DNA of 64,000 nucleotides from an uncultured virus (IMG/VR IMGVR_UViG_2786546901_000002) (Duplodnaviria > Heunggongvirae > Uroviricota > Caudoviricetes). A program made the position numbers and the translations under genes. The stretch lies in IMG/VR virus record IMGVR_UViG_2786546901_000002; one strand, given 5' to 3'. This document shows, piece after piece, positions 1 to 9,751 of this stretch (the stretch's first letter is position 1; every line of letters begins with the position of its first letter). The notes under the pieces were generated by a model that ran no database searches, had not been told where the DNA came from, and worked only from the letters and a program-made list of their open reading frames with translations.

Positions 1-1311
1 TTATTTCGATACCTCGCACATCAGCACGCCTTTCCCCGTCACATCGGCTTTCGAGACCGTGATGGATTTTCCCGTGTAGGTCTTCACGACGGAAGTCCCG
101 GCAGAGTTCCACAGTTTCCATGTATAGGTATAAGCTGTCCCGCCCGTGTCGATTTCCTCACCGCCCCTGTATAACACGGCTTTGGCATCCACGTCATTGC
201 CGTTGTTCTTGATGGTGAACCCCTTCTGGCTGACCAGATCAACCGTGATGGGGTCGGACATATCCGTGAAGGAGATGATGTCGCAGACGACCTTGTTCGC
301 CGAGGCGTTGCCCGCCGAGGTGTCCGTATCCTTGATGGCGCACTTGAAGGTCTCGAAGTTGAGAACGGCATCTGCCGTAATCGTGATTTCGTTTGTCGTC
401 CAGCCTGCCGTCACGCCCCGAGGATTGGTCGAGGTAAGGCATGCCCAGCCGGCACCCAGCATGGAGTTGTAGTAGGGACACGAAACGGCGGCTCCCGATG
501 CGGCTGCGGCACTCAGTGCGGAGGTCAGCGTCACGACCTTCGTGGAGGCGTTGACTGCCGAAATGGTGTACTGTGCCGATCCTATGGTTATCCTGCCTCC
601 CGCCTCCATGTTCATTACCGAAGCGACCGTTATGGTCGTGGCTCCGGCTGCCGCGGCAGCTGTCAGTGTCGTGCCCGCGAATACCGCCGAATCCTTGATG
701 CCCCACGCGTAGGTGACGTTCGTCGTGTCGATAGAGGCTCCGCGCCACAGGTCGCAATGCGCCCTGAGCGTCGCCACCTCGTCGTTCTTGAATACGATGC
801 CGTCGGGTGCATACGCCACGGCGGCGATCATCGCTCCGGCGTTCAGGTGCTGCGTGAACTGAATCTCCGCCCGGAACGGAATCTCCAGCCCGTTGGCGTC
901 GATGTAAACCGCCTCGAAAGTATAACGCACTTGCGGAGCGGAAACGGTCATGTGGTTGGCTTTGACGGTAAGGGCATACTTGGCCGATGCCGCGCCGATG
1001 GTGCAGCTGTCCTGTCCGGAGACGATCGCCGTACCGTTCTTGTACCACTTGGCCGAGCCGCTCTTCACGCCTGCCGTAAGCGTCGCGGCATTGCCTACCG
1101 AGGTGATCTGGTCGGTCGCCGCCTGACCGCTGACGAAGAGCGAAGGGGTAAGTACCAGATAGGGAGAAGCCGCCCACGAAGGGGCATAGGCATTGTTGTC
1201 TCTGTTGTACACCTGTGTCAGGGGCTGCGAGGAGCCGATGAATGCCTGCAACGATACCGCGTCGTTCTGGTCGATGATGGTGACCTGCCCGCGGGCTACT
1301 TTTACTGCCAT
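1..1311 (-). CDS. Virion structural protein (tail fibre/baseplate-associated, Ig-like modules)
   Basis: 436 aa, Thr/Ala/Ser-rich beta-type composition; lies at the distal end of the tail operon; C-terminal module (LYRGGEEI) is shared with the upstream gene. Confidence 0.55.
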   Translation of the reverse strand: MAVKVARGQVTIIDQNDAVSLQAFIGSSQPLTQVYNRDNNAYAPSWAASPYLVLTPSLFVSGQAATDQITSVGNAATLTAGVKSGSAKWYKNGTAIVSGQDSCTIGAASAKYALTVKANHMTVSAPQVRYTFEAVYIDANGLEIPFRAEIQFTQHLNAGAMIAAVAYAPDGIVFKNDEVATLRAHCDLWRGASIDTTNVTYAWGIKDSAVFAGTTLTAAAAAGATTITVASVMNMEAGGRITIGSAQYTISAVNASTKVVTLTSALSAAAASGAAVSCPYYNSMLGAGWACLTSTNPRGVTAGWTTNEITITADAVLNFETFKCAIKDTDTSAGNASANKVVCDIISFTDMSDPITVDLVSQKGFTIKNNGNDVDAKAVLYRGGEEIDTGGTAYTYTWKLWNSAGTSVVKTYTGKSITVSKADVTGKGVLMCEVSK

Positions 1312-1317
1312 AATAGA

Positions 1318-3585
1318 TTATCGGTTATTTGTTATTTCCACTTCGCAATCGAAAACGGCCTTGCGCCACACGTCCCCGCCGGTTATCTCTATCTCCCTGC
1401 CGTAACGCGGTGCGGCGTTCCATATCCTGTCACTCTCCGTATCGCGGCTCGTCCGTATCCAGCGGAAATTGCCGTCGGGAATGAGCGATGTAATCTCTTC
1501 ACCGCCCCTGTACACCCTGGCACGGAGTACCGTCGAGACGATTCCGTTGCGGAATGTCGTGCCGTTTTCAGACTCCACATAAACAGTATAGGAGGGAGAT
1601 CCGTCGTAAAGTTTGAAAAAGGTATGGGTCGCACTGATTTTTTCATTACGGTATGTTGCCGTGTAGCGGAGGGTCAGCACGTCGCGCCCTTCCCAGCCAT
1701 GAAACGGGGGTGTCATTTCAAATACGGCGGCATTGCATCCGGCATCTTTCCATATGCCGTCAACGGCAAGGTATTCCCACTGCCGACTTTCCGGCTCGAA
1801 ATTGTATTCGGTCGCCACAAGCGGGATATTCTCCGGCTCGCATGCGCCTGAAAGCTCGTCCTTGAAATGGAACGCCGTGCCGCCTGTCAGGGAGACGGAA
1901 CGGGGCTTGAGCAGTTCCTGCGCCTCCTCATCGAGGTCTTCCCAGCGGATGGTCACATCGCGCAGTTCGATGGTATCCTTGCCCCACTTGAACCGTCCCG
2001 AGGCGAAATGGCCCGTCCCGTCCGGATGGATGACGAAAGAACCGTCCCGTGAAACGATCGAGCCGTCTTCGTTCAGCCGCAACAGGGGATTCTGTATGGT
2101 ACCCCCGATACCTCCCTTATTGAACCAGGCACCGTAATCGTCCGTGTAGGACAAGGCTTCATCGGTCGCCTGATAGGGGGTCACGTTCCTTCCGGCCTCC
2201 AATTGAGGGGCGGACAACGACAGGGGGACGGAAGCGGCAATGCCGAGACACATGACGGGGGAATCTGACCCGCGTATGAGGAACGGGACATTATAACGGA
2301 CCCATCCTTTACCGGCAGCCACCGTCCGATCACCGACAAGATGTTCATCCTGATAGAACCGGATGGCTGCCGTATCTTCCGCTTTTATCCAGACTGAGAA
2401 ACAATAACAGACTCCTGTATGAGCCTCCCGCCAGGCGGCACTTTGCGCACCAAGAAGACTGTCTCCGGCTATCCGTACACACCGCCCGAGTCCGGCGGGA
2501 GATGTTTCATCCAGCTCTTCCGAATGGCTGAACCGGCAGGACAGGCTGTCGGGTATGACATTCTTGTGGATTTTGCCCACATAAAACGTGCTTGAAAAAC
2601 CGTTCTCGTCTCCCGCGGTAAGCGTGCCGGCTATATTGACATTGCGTGTGGCATAGAGATTCTGGAAATAGGCCCCGTAACCATCCAACATGCCGAAGAC
2701 CGGATCGATGATGCCGCTGACCTTTCCCACACGGGCCTTGCTCGCCTCGCTGAAAGCGGATACGGAGGCAAGACGAACAATGTTCAGGTCGGCGACCTCG
2801 CACCAGTCCCCCTCGGAGGCCAGGCTTGATGTCAGGTCAAGAAACAGGCTCCGGCTGTACTGTGCCGGGTAATCCACGGTGATGACCCATAACTTGTACT
2901 TCCATTCCCGGCCGATGGAGATTTCATCTTCCGCATCCGTCTTTTCACGGTTCGTATAGCCGAATCGGATCGGTACGGAACCTGATGTTTTGGAAGACCT
3001 GACCTTGAACGATACCAGCAGGCGCTCCGGGTATCCGACCGGTTCTTCCAATGTCAGCATCAGCCCGAAGGAAGCGTTTCCTGCCGGTTCCGCGTTGCGG
3101 ATAATGCGGACAATGCGTGTCGCTTCCGAATCGGCATCCAGATATTCCGTTTGCAGCATGCTGCCATAAACGGCGTACCTGGACTTGTCCGGCACTCCCG
3201 CCATGCCTCCGTCCATGACGGGATAGCACAGGGAGCGTTCGGTCGCCATGCCGTCGATGACATCCATATAGGGTGAATCGCTGTCAGAAGCCGTCAGGTA
3301 CAAGGCGCCGCTACGTGCCGTATCGAACAGGTTGGTAATCCGCACGAAGTCCAGCAGTTCACCGCCCTGCGGTTCGTCCCCGTCCAGCAATGCCCCGATG
3401 AAATAAGGGGCGTCCTTGTCTCCGACAAGCTCCGTTCCGGTTTCTGTCACGCACATCAGCGAATAGACGGTACGCTCCCGTTCGGCATATTGCCTGCGGA
3501 TGATATCCCCGGCTTGCAGTCCCTGTGTCTTCTGCGAGTCGGGGGCAATACGGATCTTGTATGTCGGATAACGGAATACGGACAT
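1318..3585 (-). CDS. Tail/baseplate or receptor-binding structural protein
   Basis: 755 aa in the tail operon; carbohydrate-binding-like segment (FSVWIKA...PQLEAG..TPYQ) seen in tail proteins. Confidence 0.55.
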   Translation of the reverse strand: MSVFRYPTYKIRIAPDSQKTQGLQAGDIIRRQYAERERTVYSLMCVTETGTELVGDKDAPYFIGALLDGDEPQGGELLDFVRITNLFDTARSGALYLTASDSDSPYMDVIDGMATERSLCYPVMDGGMAGVPDKSRYAVYGSMLQTEYLDADSEATRIVRIIRNAEPAGNASFGLMLTLEEPVGYPERLLVSFKVRSSKTSGSVPIRFGYTNREKTDAEDEISIGREWKYKLWVITVDYPAQYSRSLFLDLTSSLASEGDWCEVADLNIVRLASVSAFSEASKARVGKVSGIIDPVFGMLDGYGAYFQNLYATRNVNIAGTLTAGDENGFSSTFYVGKIHKNVIPDSLSCRFSHSEELDETSPAGLGRCVRIAGDSLLGAQSAAWREAHTGVCYCFSVWIKAEDTAAIRFYQDEHLVGDRTVAAGKGWVRYNVPFLIRGSDSPVMCLGIAASVPLSLSAPQLEAGRNVTPYQATDEALSYTDDYGAWFNKGGIGGTIQNPLLRLNEDGSIVSRDGSFVIHPDGTGHFASGRFKWGKDTIELRDVTIRWEDLDEEAQELLKPRSVSLTGGTAFHFKDELSGACEPENIPLVATEYNFEPESRQWEYLAVDGIWKDAGCNAAVFEMTPPFHGWEGRDVLTLRYTATYRNEKISATHTFFKLYDGSPSYTVYVESENGTTFRNGIVSTVLRARVYRGGEEITSLIPDGNFRWIRTSRDTESDRIWNAAPRYGREIEITGGDVWRKAVFDCEVEITNNR

Positions 3586-3588
3586 GGA

Positions 3589-5277
3589 TTATGACAGTTT
3601 TTCCACGGTGTCTCCCGAACAGCTGTCGCTGATCCAGAAGGAACCGTTGGTTACCGAAGTCTTTTCGACCTCGAACTCATAGGCGCGGAACTTACGGCGG
3701 GCCACCACCTCGTCGAATGTGGCGGAGACGCCTCCTGTCGTCCGGTTCCGGCGGACAGCCCATCCGCTTCCGGAAAGGCCCGGGGAAAAGAACTCCGAAG
3801 AGAGCGACCCGGTAAAGACGCTGTTTCCGTAATGCCGGATACCGTCCTCCACCGCTTGCAGGCGTAACGCCTCTGTCAAGTATAGGATTCTGTCAGTAAT
3901 CCGGGTGGGCGACGCATGGATTCCGATATGCCCGGCTGCTTCCAACGGAACAGCGACCGTAACGAAATCGGCATCGGTGCGGATATGGAACGATTCGCTG
4001 TGACGGTTCTGCGGGGCATAACAGCTCACGGACGGACGGTGTGAAAAATCCGTGCTGTGAGGGATAGCCGTCCTTACGTCCTCTTCCTCGTAGATTACCT
4101 CGGAAGAAAGCGATACGCGCTCCCTGTCGCCTGTGAACATAAATCCCTCTGCTGTGCCCATCCGCAAGCGCTTGTGGATAACGATACCTTCATCGGAAGT
4201 GTCTACCCGGTATGAGGAGAGCAGGTCGGCGCCGTAGTTGTGGCGGACAGTCAGCGAGCCCGGAAAACAAGCCTTTCCGTAAGGGGAAAGCATCAGACAC
4301 TCGCCGTCCACGTCCGATATGCCGGAGAACAGGCGTATCTTCGGGGTATGGTCGCCGCCTAAAAGAAGGTCACCGCCGATACTCCCGAACTGTATCTTGT
4401 CCTTGTCGGTACAGAGCAGTACGGGAACATCTCCGATCCGGATGCCGAATCCGTCCAGGAACGAGAGGAACCCGCCGAGCGCGACATCCTCTTCCGAAAA
4501 CGAAAGCAGACATTTCCCTTTGTCGCCCAGTTCCACGCCTTGCAAGGCTTTCAGTCCGCCATCCATGACCGTACTCCCTCGCACCGTCAGATTCCGTCTC
4601 ACCATGCCGTCCCGCATCGTCCAATCCACCGTGTCCGTATTGGCGTTGCCACGATGATAGACATCCTGCCCGCCCACGGCCAGCCGTGTCGGGGAGATGG
4701 ATATTCCTGTATCCTCGTCCCCGATAATCCATGCCCCTTTGGAATGTACCGTCGCATCCAGAAAGTCTATATGGGAAGCGTTGATTGTAGCGGTGGCCTT
4801 GTCCGCGTCGTAACGGAGCAACTGCCTGCCGCCGATATGCAGGCTGTCGCCCCCGACTTTCAGGTTGCCGGTAATCCTGATACCGTACTCGATGGCAGTT
4901 ACCACACCTTCCGGATCGGTAATGTCCTGCGAATAGGTTTCCAGGATACGGGTGTTTCCAATGCCGGCTTCGAAACCGTAATTGGCACTGAGCTTGCCGG
5001 TCATGTCACCGCCCGATTTCTTCAGGTAATCCAACAGCAAGCCACCGCTTCCGGAACCGCCTTCTCCCGTAACGGCTCCGGCAATGGCGGATGCAAAACC
5101 GTAAGCGGTATTCTTCAGTCTCAGGCTGGTCTCGTCGCCTTCCTCGATGCCGTAAGGATGCTCGTCGTCCTTTTTCTGCTGGGCATTGAAAAAGTTATGG
5201 TACAGCTGTGCATAGATGGAATAGCACAGGCTCTCCTTGTCGAGGGTTTCTATATCGGGATGCAGTTGTACGCTCAT
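3589..5277 (-). CDS. Putative tail structural protein
   Basis: ATG at 5277 overlaps the stop of the upstream gene (ATGA); YLKKSGGDMTGKL motif typical of tail-fibre proteins. Confidence 0.5.
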   Translation of the reverse strand: MSVQLHPDIETLDKESLCYSIYAQLYHNFFNAQQKKDDEHPYGIEEGDETSLRLKNTAYGFASAIAGAVTGEGGSGSGGLLLDYLKKSGGDMTGKLSANYGFEAGIGNTRILETYSQDITDPEGVVTAIEYGIRITGNLKVGGDSLHIGGRQLLRYDADKATATINASHIDFLDATVHSKGAWIIGDEDTGISISPTRLAVGGQDVYHRGNANTDTVDWTMRDGMVRRNLTVRGSTVMDGGLKALQGVELGDKGKCLLSFSEEDVALGGFLSFLDGFGIRIGDVPVLLCTDKDKIQFGSIGGDLLLGGDHTPKIRLFSGISDVDGECLMLSPYGKACFPGSLTVRHNYGADLLSSYRVDTSDEGIVIHKRLRMGTAEGFMFTGDRERVSLSSEVIYEEEDVRTAIPHSTDFSHRPSVSCYAPQNRHSESFHIRTDADFVTVAVPLEAAGHIGIHASPTRITDRILYLTEALRLQAVEDGIRHYGNSVFTGSLSSEFFSPGLSGSGWAVRRNRTTGGVSATFDEVVARRKFRAYEFEVEKTSVTNGSFWISDSCSGDTVEKLS

Positions 5278-6164
5278 TTGGTATAGCTGGTCTTGGAAAG
5301 AAATTTCTGGATACGTGATGTCAGCGAGATGAAGTTCGGCATATTGATCGGCGACATCGTGCCCATCAGTGTGGGAGTCATGATTTTCGAACATTCCGTC
5401 AGGAAGTCGAGCATCAGCCGGGCAAGCTCATTACCCAGAACCAGCGGCTCGGTGGCATTCTCGTCACCGAGCGTCACCTTGTTGTCGGCAACGGCAACGG
5501 TCGTGGAATTGACCTTTTGTACCACTTTATCTGCTGTCTGTCTGACTTCAGACTTGTCCACCGTATGCGTGATGCTTTCCGCATCGATAACGGTTGTCGC
5601 TTCCTTGTCCTTGTCATTCCTAACGGTTGTTGTGACGGCCGTCGGCGTATAGTGGGTGGAGGTCTCGTTACCGGTGGTTTCCAGTTCGTCGTAGTCCGGG
5701 GAAGAGTCGTTTTCCGGATCCAGTTCCTCCATTTCGGTCACGCCGATGACGGTTTCCGTGCGGGCATTGAGCCGCAGGATATCCACATGGGAGAAGTTAA
5801 CCACATAGGCATAACGGGTGGCGGCATCCATGAAGATGGTCACGTCGGAAAAAAGTGCGGGGACGATCAGGAAGCCGCCTTCGCTGTTGGTGGCGGCCGA
5901 GAGCAACACGCCTTTATGGATAACAGGTTCGGCGGAGGCCGTCTCGTCCGGGTACTCGCCGACATCAATGGTACCGCCGTAGTCGGAAAACTCCTCGTCC
6001 GAGGGGTTGTCGTGTATCTTGGCGACATAGCCGTGTATCATGCGGGCCGTACCGATACCGGACATGCCTCCGGGAGCCAGATTGATACGCTCCATACTCC
6101 GTCCCAAGGCTATCTTGCGGATAGCCTCACGGATAAGCAACTGGTTGGATTTGTCTGAAGACAT
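5274..6164 (-). CDS. Putative baseplate spike/assembly protein (gpV/gp45-like)
   Basis: Follows the hub gene; C-terminal VTLG..ATEPLVLGNEL signature of spike proteins; start taken at MSSDK. Confidence 0.5.
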   Translation of the reverse strand: MSSDKSNQLLIREAIRKIALGRSMERINLAPGGMSGIGTARMIHGYVAKIHDNPSDEEFSDYGGTIDVGEYPDETASAEPVIHKGVLLSAATNSEGGFLIVPALFSDVTIFMDAATRYAYVVNFSHVDILRLNARTETVIGVTEMEELDPENDSSPDYDELETTGNETSTHYTPTAVTTTVRNDKDKEATTVIDAESITHTVDKSEVRQTADKVVQKVNSTTVAVADNKVTLGDENATEPLVLGNELARLMLDFLTECSKIMTPTLMGTMSPINMPNFISLTSRIQKFLSKTSYTK

Positions 6165-6217
6165 GAGTTTTTTGAAAGAATAGGAGGAGCATAGTTTATT
6201 GGTTGCCAATTATTTTG

Positions 6218-6225
6218 TACTTTTG
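6218..6225 (+). promoter_or_regulatory. Bacteroidetes sigma-A -7 box (TACTTTTG) for the SEFIR/TIR gene
   Basis: Matches TAnnTTTG just upstream of the ORF. Confidence 0.55.
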
Positions 6226-6233
6226 CAAAGACA

Positions 6234-7436
6234 ATGATATTACTTATGAAACAAGAAATTTTAGAATCCTATATTACATATATATTTGATTTCTTTCAAA
6301 AATCAAGATGCTTTAAAGCCGGGCAAGGTAACATGCTCAGAAATTTTAGATTTGCAGCTGAAAAGCAATTTACTCGTAATCAATTGGGTATATTGTATTT
6401 CCTGGTAAATACCCTCATTGATAATGGCTATCTCTACTTAAAAGATAGAGATTTTATAGCTCTTACGGAGAATGGTGCCGATGTTATAAATGGGGGAGAG
6501 TGTGTTATTCCTAAAATTTCCCTTGAGCGGACAATTTATGAAAAAGAGACCAGTAGATCAGATATATATGAACAGCTTTGGAATATTATCGGATCGAACA
6601 AAGAAAATGATTATGCGCCGCTGTATGTAGATGGACCATTGTTTTATAATACAATCAGGCCATATTTAACAACATTGTCGTTACCTCATACATATGGGGA
6701 ATATATGGCAGAATTGCGGGAAAAGGAAGAATTTACATCAAGAATTAAATGGTATAGGACTTTATTTTTAGCTCTTGATGAGAATGATGTACAAAAATTC
6801 CTCAAAGATTTGTCTATCAAAATAAACAGGCTGCTGCTAATGAATACTCCAAAAGATGCGATACAAGAAGCTTTGAATCCTTGGGCAGATGTAGACATTC
6901 CTACAATCGATAATACGCCTCTGCCTGAAATTCTCAATAAAGTGGCGGAAGAACCAATTGTGAATAAAAACAAGCCGTTTGTGTTGATTTCGTATGCGTG
7001 GGAGGTAGAAGACAATGTCTTTATGAATTGGATTCAAACTTTCGCCAAAGATTTGCGAAGACGAGGGATTGATGCTCAAATAGACCAGTATCAACCTCAT
7101 GGAACTGACTTGCCTAAATTTATGCTTGAAAGCATCCGTAAGGCAACTAAAGTTCTGTGCATTCTGACTCCAAAGTATAAAGAGAAAGCTGAATCCGGTA
7201 AAGGAGGTGCCGCTTATGAAGGGGGTATAATATCACATGAAATATATAACAATCAGGGAACCACTAAATTTATACCGGTTGTACGCAAAGGGTCTTTTGA
7301 AACTTCGACACCGGATTTCATTAGTGGAAGAAAAGGTTTTGATTGCTCTACTGACGATAAATACAATAGCGAACTTCCGAATATTATCAAGGTAATAAAC
7401 GAAGAACCATTGATAGAAATTCCTCCTGTTGAATAA
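6234..7436 (+). CDS. SEFIR/TIR-domain protein, probable antiphage moron
   Basis: C-terminal VLISYAWE...FAKDLRRRGIDAQIDQY...VLCILTPKYKEKAE...GGAAYE; AT-rich; opposite strand to the tail operon. Confidence 0.8.
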   Translation: MILLMKQEILESYITYIFDFFQKSRCFKAGQGNMLRNFRFAAEKQFTRNQLGILYFLVNTLIDNGYLYLKDRDFIALTENGADVINGGECVIPKISLERTIYEKETSRSDIYEQLWNIIGSNKENDYAPLYVDGPLFYNTIRPYLTTLSLPHTYGEYMAELREKEEFTSRIKWYRTLFLALDENDVQKFLKDLSIKINRLLLMNTPKDAIQEALNPWADVDIPTIDNTPLPEILNKVAEEPIVNKNKPFVLISYAWEVEDNVFMNWIQTFAKDLRRRGIDAQIDQYQPHGTDLPKFMLESIRKATKVLCILTPKYKEKAESGKGGAAYEGGIISHEIYNNQGTTKFIPVVRKGSFETSTPDFISGRKGFDCSTDDKYNSELPNIIKVINEEPLIEIPPVE

Positions 7437-7445
7437 CGGTAAATC

Positions 7446-8771
7446 TTATTTCCTAATTTTATACGGAATACTCAGTTGTTGCCTGTATCCACCCACCCCG
7501 AAAGTAGTCGTTACCTCTTCCACGAGGTATACGCCGTTCTTGGAAGGATTACGGTAGTCGATCAGTTCCACCTGTACGGCAGGAGACAGTCCGAAATCCC
7601 CGAATACTGTCACATTGCCGGTGATTCCGTTCAGATTGTAATTCCGAAAGTATTCCGTCGTCTCTTCTACAAGCCGGTCGGAATTGATTCCGACATGAGG
7701 TGACATATATGGTACGATGGTATATGTGGATAAATCCACCTTGGTCCTGGTCTTCGCTCCTGATGCCGTCGTGTTGCCCGTTACTTTGTGCGTCTTTTTT
7801 GAAATCTGCGTGGCATTGACCGTCTGAAACTCCTTGCTGCCCGGCGTCGCCGGGTCGTATTCAGGATTCATGCGTACTGTCACCTCAAAGAATTTTTCAT
7901 CCGTCCCGAGTGCCTTGCCCGTCACCGCCAAAAACTTCGGATCGGTCTTGACCACTTTCAGGTTGCTCTGCGCCACATGCTCGTTGAAGTATATCCTGTA
8001 CGGTCCTGTCGATTCATCCTCCGGGAATACCGGCTGAGCCTTGCTGGACGAATAAGGACGCCCGACGGCAATGGACGGTATGGCCCCGTCATCATCGGCA
8101 TCGTATTTTAAAAAACAGTAGACCTTGTACTTCGACCATTCGGAAAGGATATCCGCTACCGTGAAGTTGTCCGTGACCTTTACCTTGCCGATATGTATCT
8201 CAAACCGCTTCGTATCCGAGTGTATCCTGAAGCCGGTATCTTTCAGGATATTATACTTGCCTTCCAGCACCTCGTTCACCGTCGTCCCTTTCGCCGGGGT
8301 CTCGAAATGAGGTGCCTGTTTCAGTTTGAGTTTGTAGGCCATATTCTCACACTGGATTTCCAGCGTGCTGTCCGAATTGTATCCGGTAATGTATCCGTCG
8401 AACATATTTTTCAGCACGCCGTTGTAGCCCAGCTTGATATTGATGCGCTGTCCGACCTTGAATGTCGTCTCGTCAACCAGACGCTGCGCGCTGCGTTTCT
8501 CGATGATGACACCGTCCTGCATCACCTCCGTCGTTATCCTCGACACGTCCTTGCCCTCCAATGTCACGTTCCCGATAATCGTGGAGCGGCATACCGACCC
8601 TTTCGGGAATATCACTTTGGCCGTTCCGATCAGCTTCTTGTAACTCTCGTTGATTTCGAGCGACTGGACTTCCGTAATCTCCACGCCGTTCTGTATCCTC
8701 ATCGGATTGGATGGGTCGGCATCCCCGATGGTGATGCGACAGCAGAGGATATCCATTGCAGCTATACCCAT
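7446..8771 (-). CDS. Baseplate hub / late-control D-like tail protein
   Basis: INIKLGY...FDGYIT...LEIQCEN and C-terminal G.Y.VEEVTTTFG..GYRQ; standard position downstream of the tape measure. Confidence 0.65.
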   Translation of the reverse strand: MGIAAMDILCCRITIGDADPSNPMRIQNGVEITEVQSLEINESYKKLIGTAKVIFPKGSVCRSTIIGNVTLEGKDVSRITTEVMQDGVIIEKRSAQRLVDETTFKVGQRINIKLGYNGVLKNMFDGYITGYNSDSTLEIQCENMAYKLKLKQAPHFETPAKGTTVNEVLEGKYNILKDTGFRIHSDTKRFEIHIGKVKVTDNFTVADILSEWSKYKVYCFLKYDADDDGAIPSIAVGRPYSSSKAQPVFPEDESTGPYRIYFNEHVAQSNLKVVKTDPKFLAVTGKALGTDEKFFEVTVRMNPEYDPATPGSKEFQTVNATQISKKTHKVTGNTTASGAKTRTKVDLSTYTIVPYMSPHVGINSDRLVEETTEYFRNYNLNGITGNVTVFGDFGLSPAVQVELIDYRNPSKNGVYLVEEVTTTFGVGGYRQQLSIPYKIRK

Positions 8772-9739
8772 AAACGTGTCAGTTTAAGCAACGAGGCGGG
8801 GTCGATGACCTCCGTACCGAATTTAACATACTTGATCCACTTGTTCGTGTGCTTGATGGCCGTGTCCACCTTTTCCTGTTCCGCCAGTTTCAGTTCCACG
8901 GCTTCCGATGGCTCCACGGCGACACAGTTCAGCGAATACGGCTGCACGTTCCGGCAATCCGTAGGCTGTAAGGTATAGCCCTGTATAATCAACCGTGAAA
9001 TGTTGAACTGGCGCAATACCGTGTTGTCGCAATCGATGACACCCTTGTATTGTACCAGCCTGATAAACTTGGACACTTCCGCCTCGGGATACACGTCCGG
9101 GTATTTGGAGGTGATCTTGCCGTTGATGGTAATCTCGAGGTCACCCCCGGATATATATTCCTTGCGGGTATAGTCCCGCCCCTGTACCCGGGTCAGCAGG
9201 ATATTGTTCCGGCTGCTGACCTGTACCTGCGGTCCCAGGTCCACGAATGTCACCAGTCCATACCGGCTGTTCGGCAAAACCTTGCACTCGCTGTTGTCAT
9301 AATACTTCCCCTCCTCTGATATGGACAGTTCCAGAAAATCCGCCACTGTCCGGCCGACGATGGAATCGATATGGTTTTTCTTCTGCGCCACCGCCTGCTG
9401 TTCCCTGATGAGCTGGTAGTACTGTCCGGTCTTGTTCGCAAGGCTGGACTGCGACTGTGTCTGAAGATATTTGTCCCGCACCTGCTGTTCCCAGTATTTG
9501 AGGTATCGGGGATAGGAACGTAGCAACCCGTAAGCCGTCTGCGAGGCAACCTGTATGGCTGCCCGTTTGAGCAGGTCATGGTGCCTGGAGAAGTAATGTA
9601 CCTGCCCGTCCTGCAATTCGGCAAGCCCCATGCCCAACGCCAGACGCGTGGCGTTGCTGATGTATCCGCCAAGCGAACCGTGGTTGAGTATGCCTCCGCT
9701 CAACAAAGTCGAGGCCGCGATTTGTATCAGTCTTCCCAT
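8762..9739 (-). CDS. Putative tail tube initiator-like protein
   Basis: NILLTRVQGRDYTRKEYISGGDLEITING motif; directly downstream of the tape measure. Confidence 0.55.
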   Translation of the reverse strand: MGRLIQIAASTLLSGGILNHGSLGGYISNATRLALGMGLAELQDGQVHYFSRHHDLLKRAAIQVASQTAYGLLRSYPRYLKYWEQQVRDKYLQTQSQSSLANKTGQYYQLIREQQAVAQKKNHIDSIVGRTVADFLELSISEEGKYYDNSECKVLPNSRYGLVTFVDLGPQVQVSSRNNILLTRVQGRDYTRKEYISGGDLEITINGKITSKYPDVYPEAEVSKFIRLVQYKGVIDCDNTVLRQFNISRLIIQGYTLQPTDCRNVQPYSLNCVAVEPSEAVELKLAEQEKVDTAIKHTNKWIKYVKFGTEVIDPASLLKLTRLWV

Positions 9740-9751
9740 AATCCTTTCATT

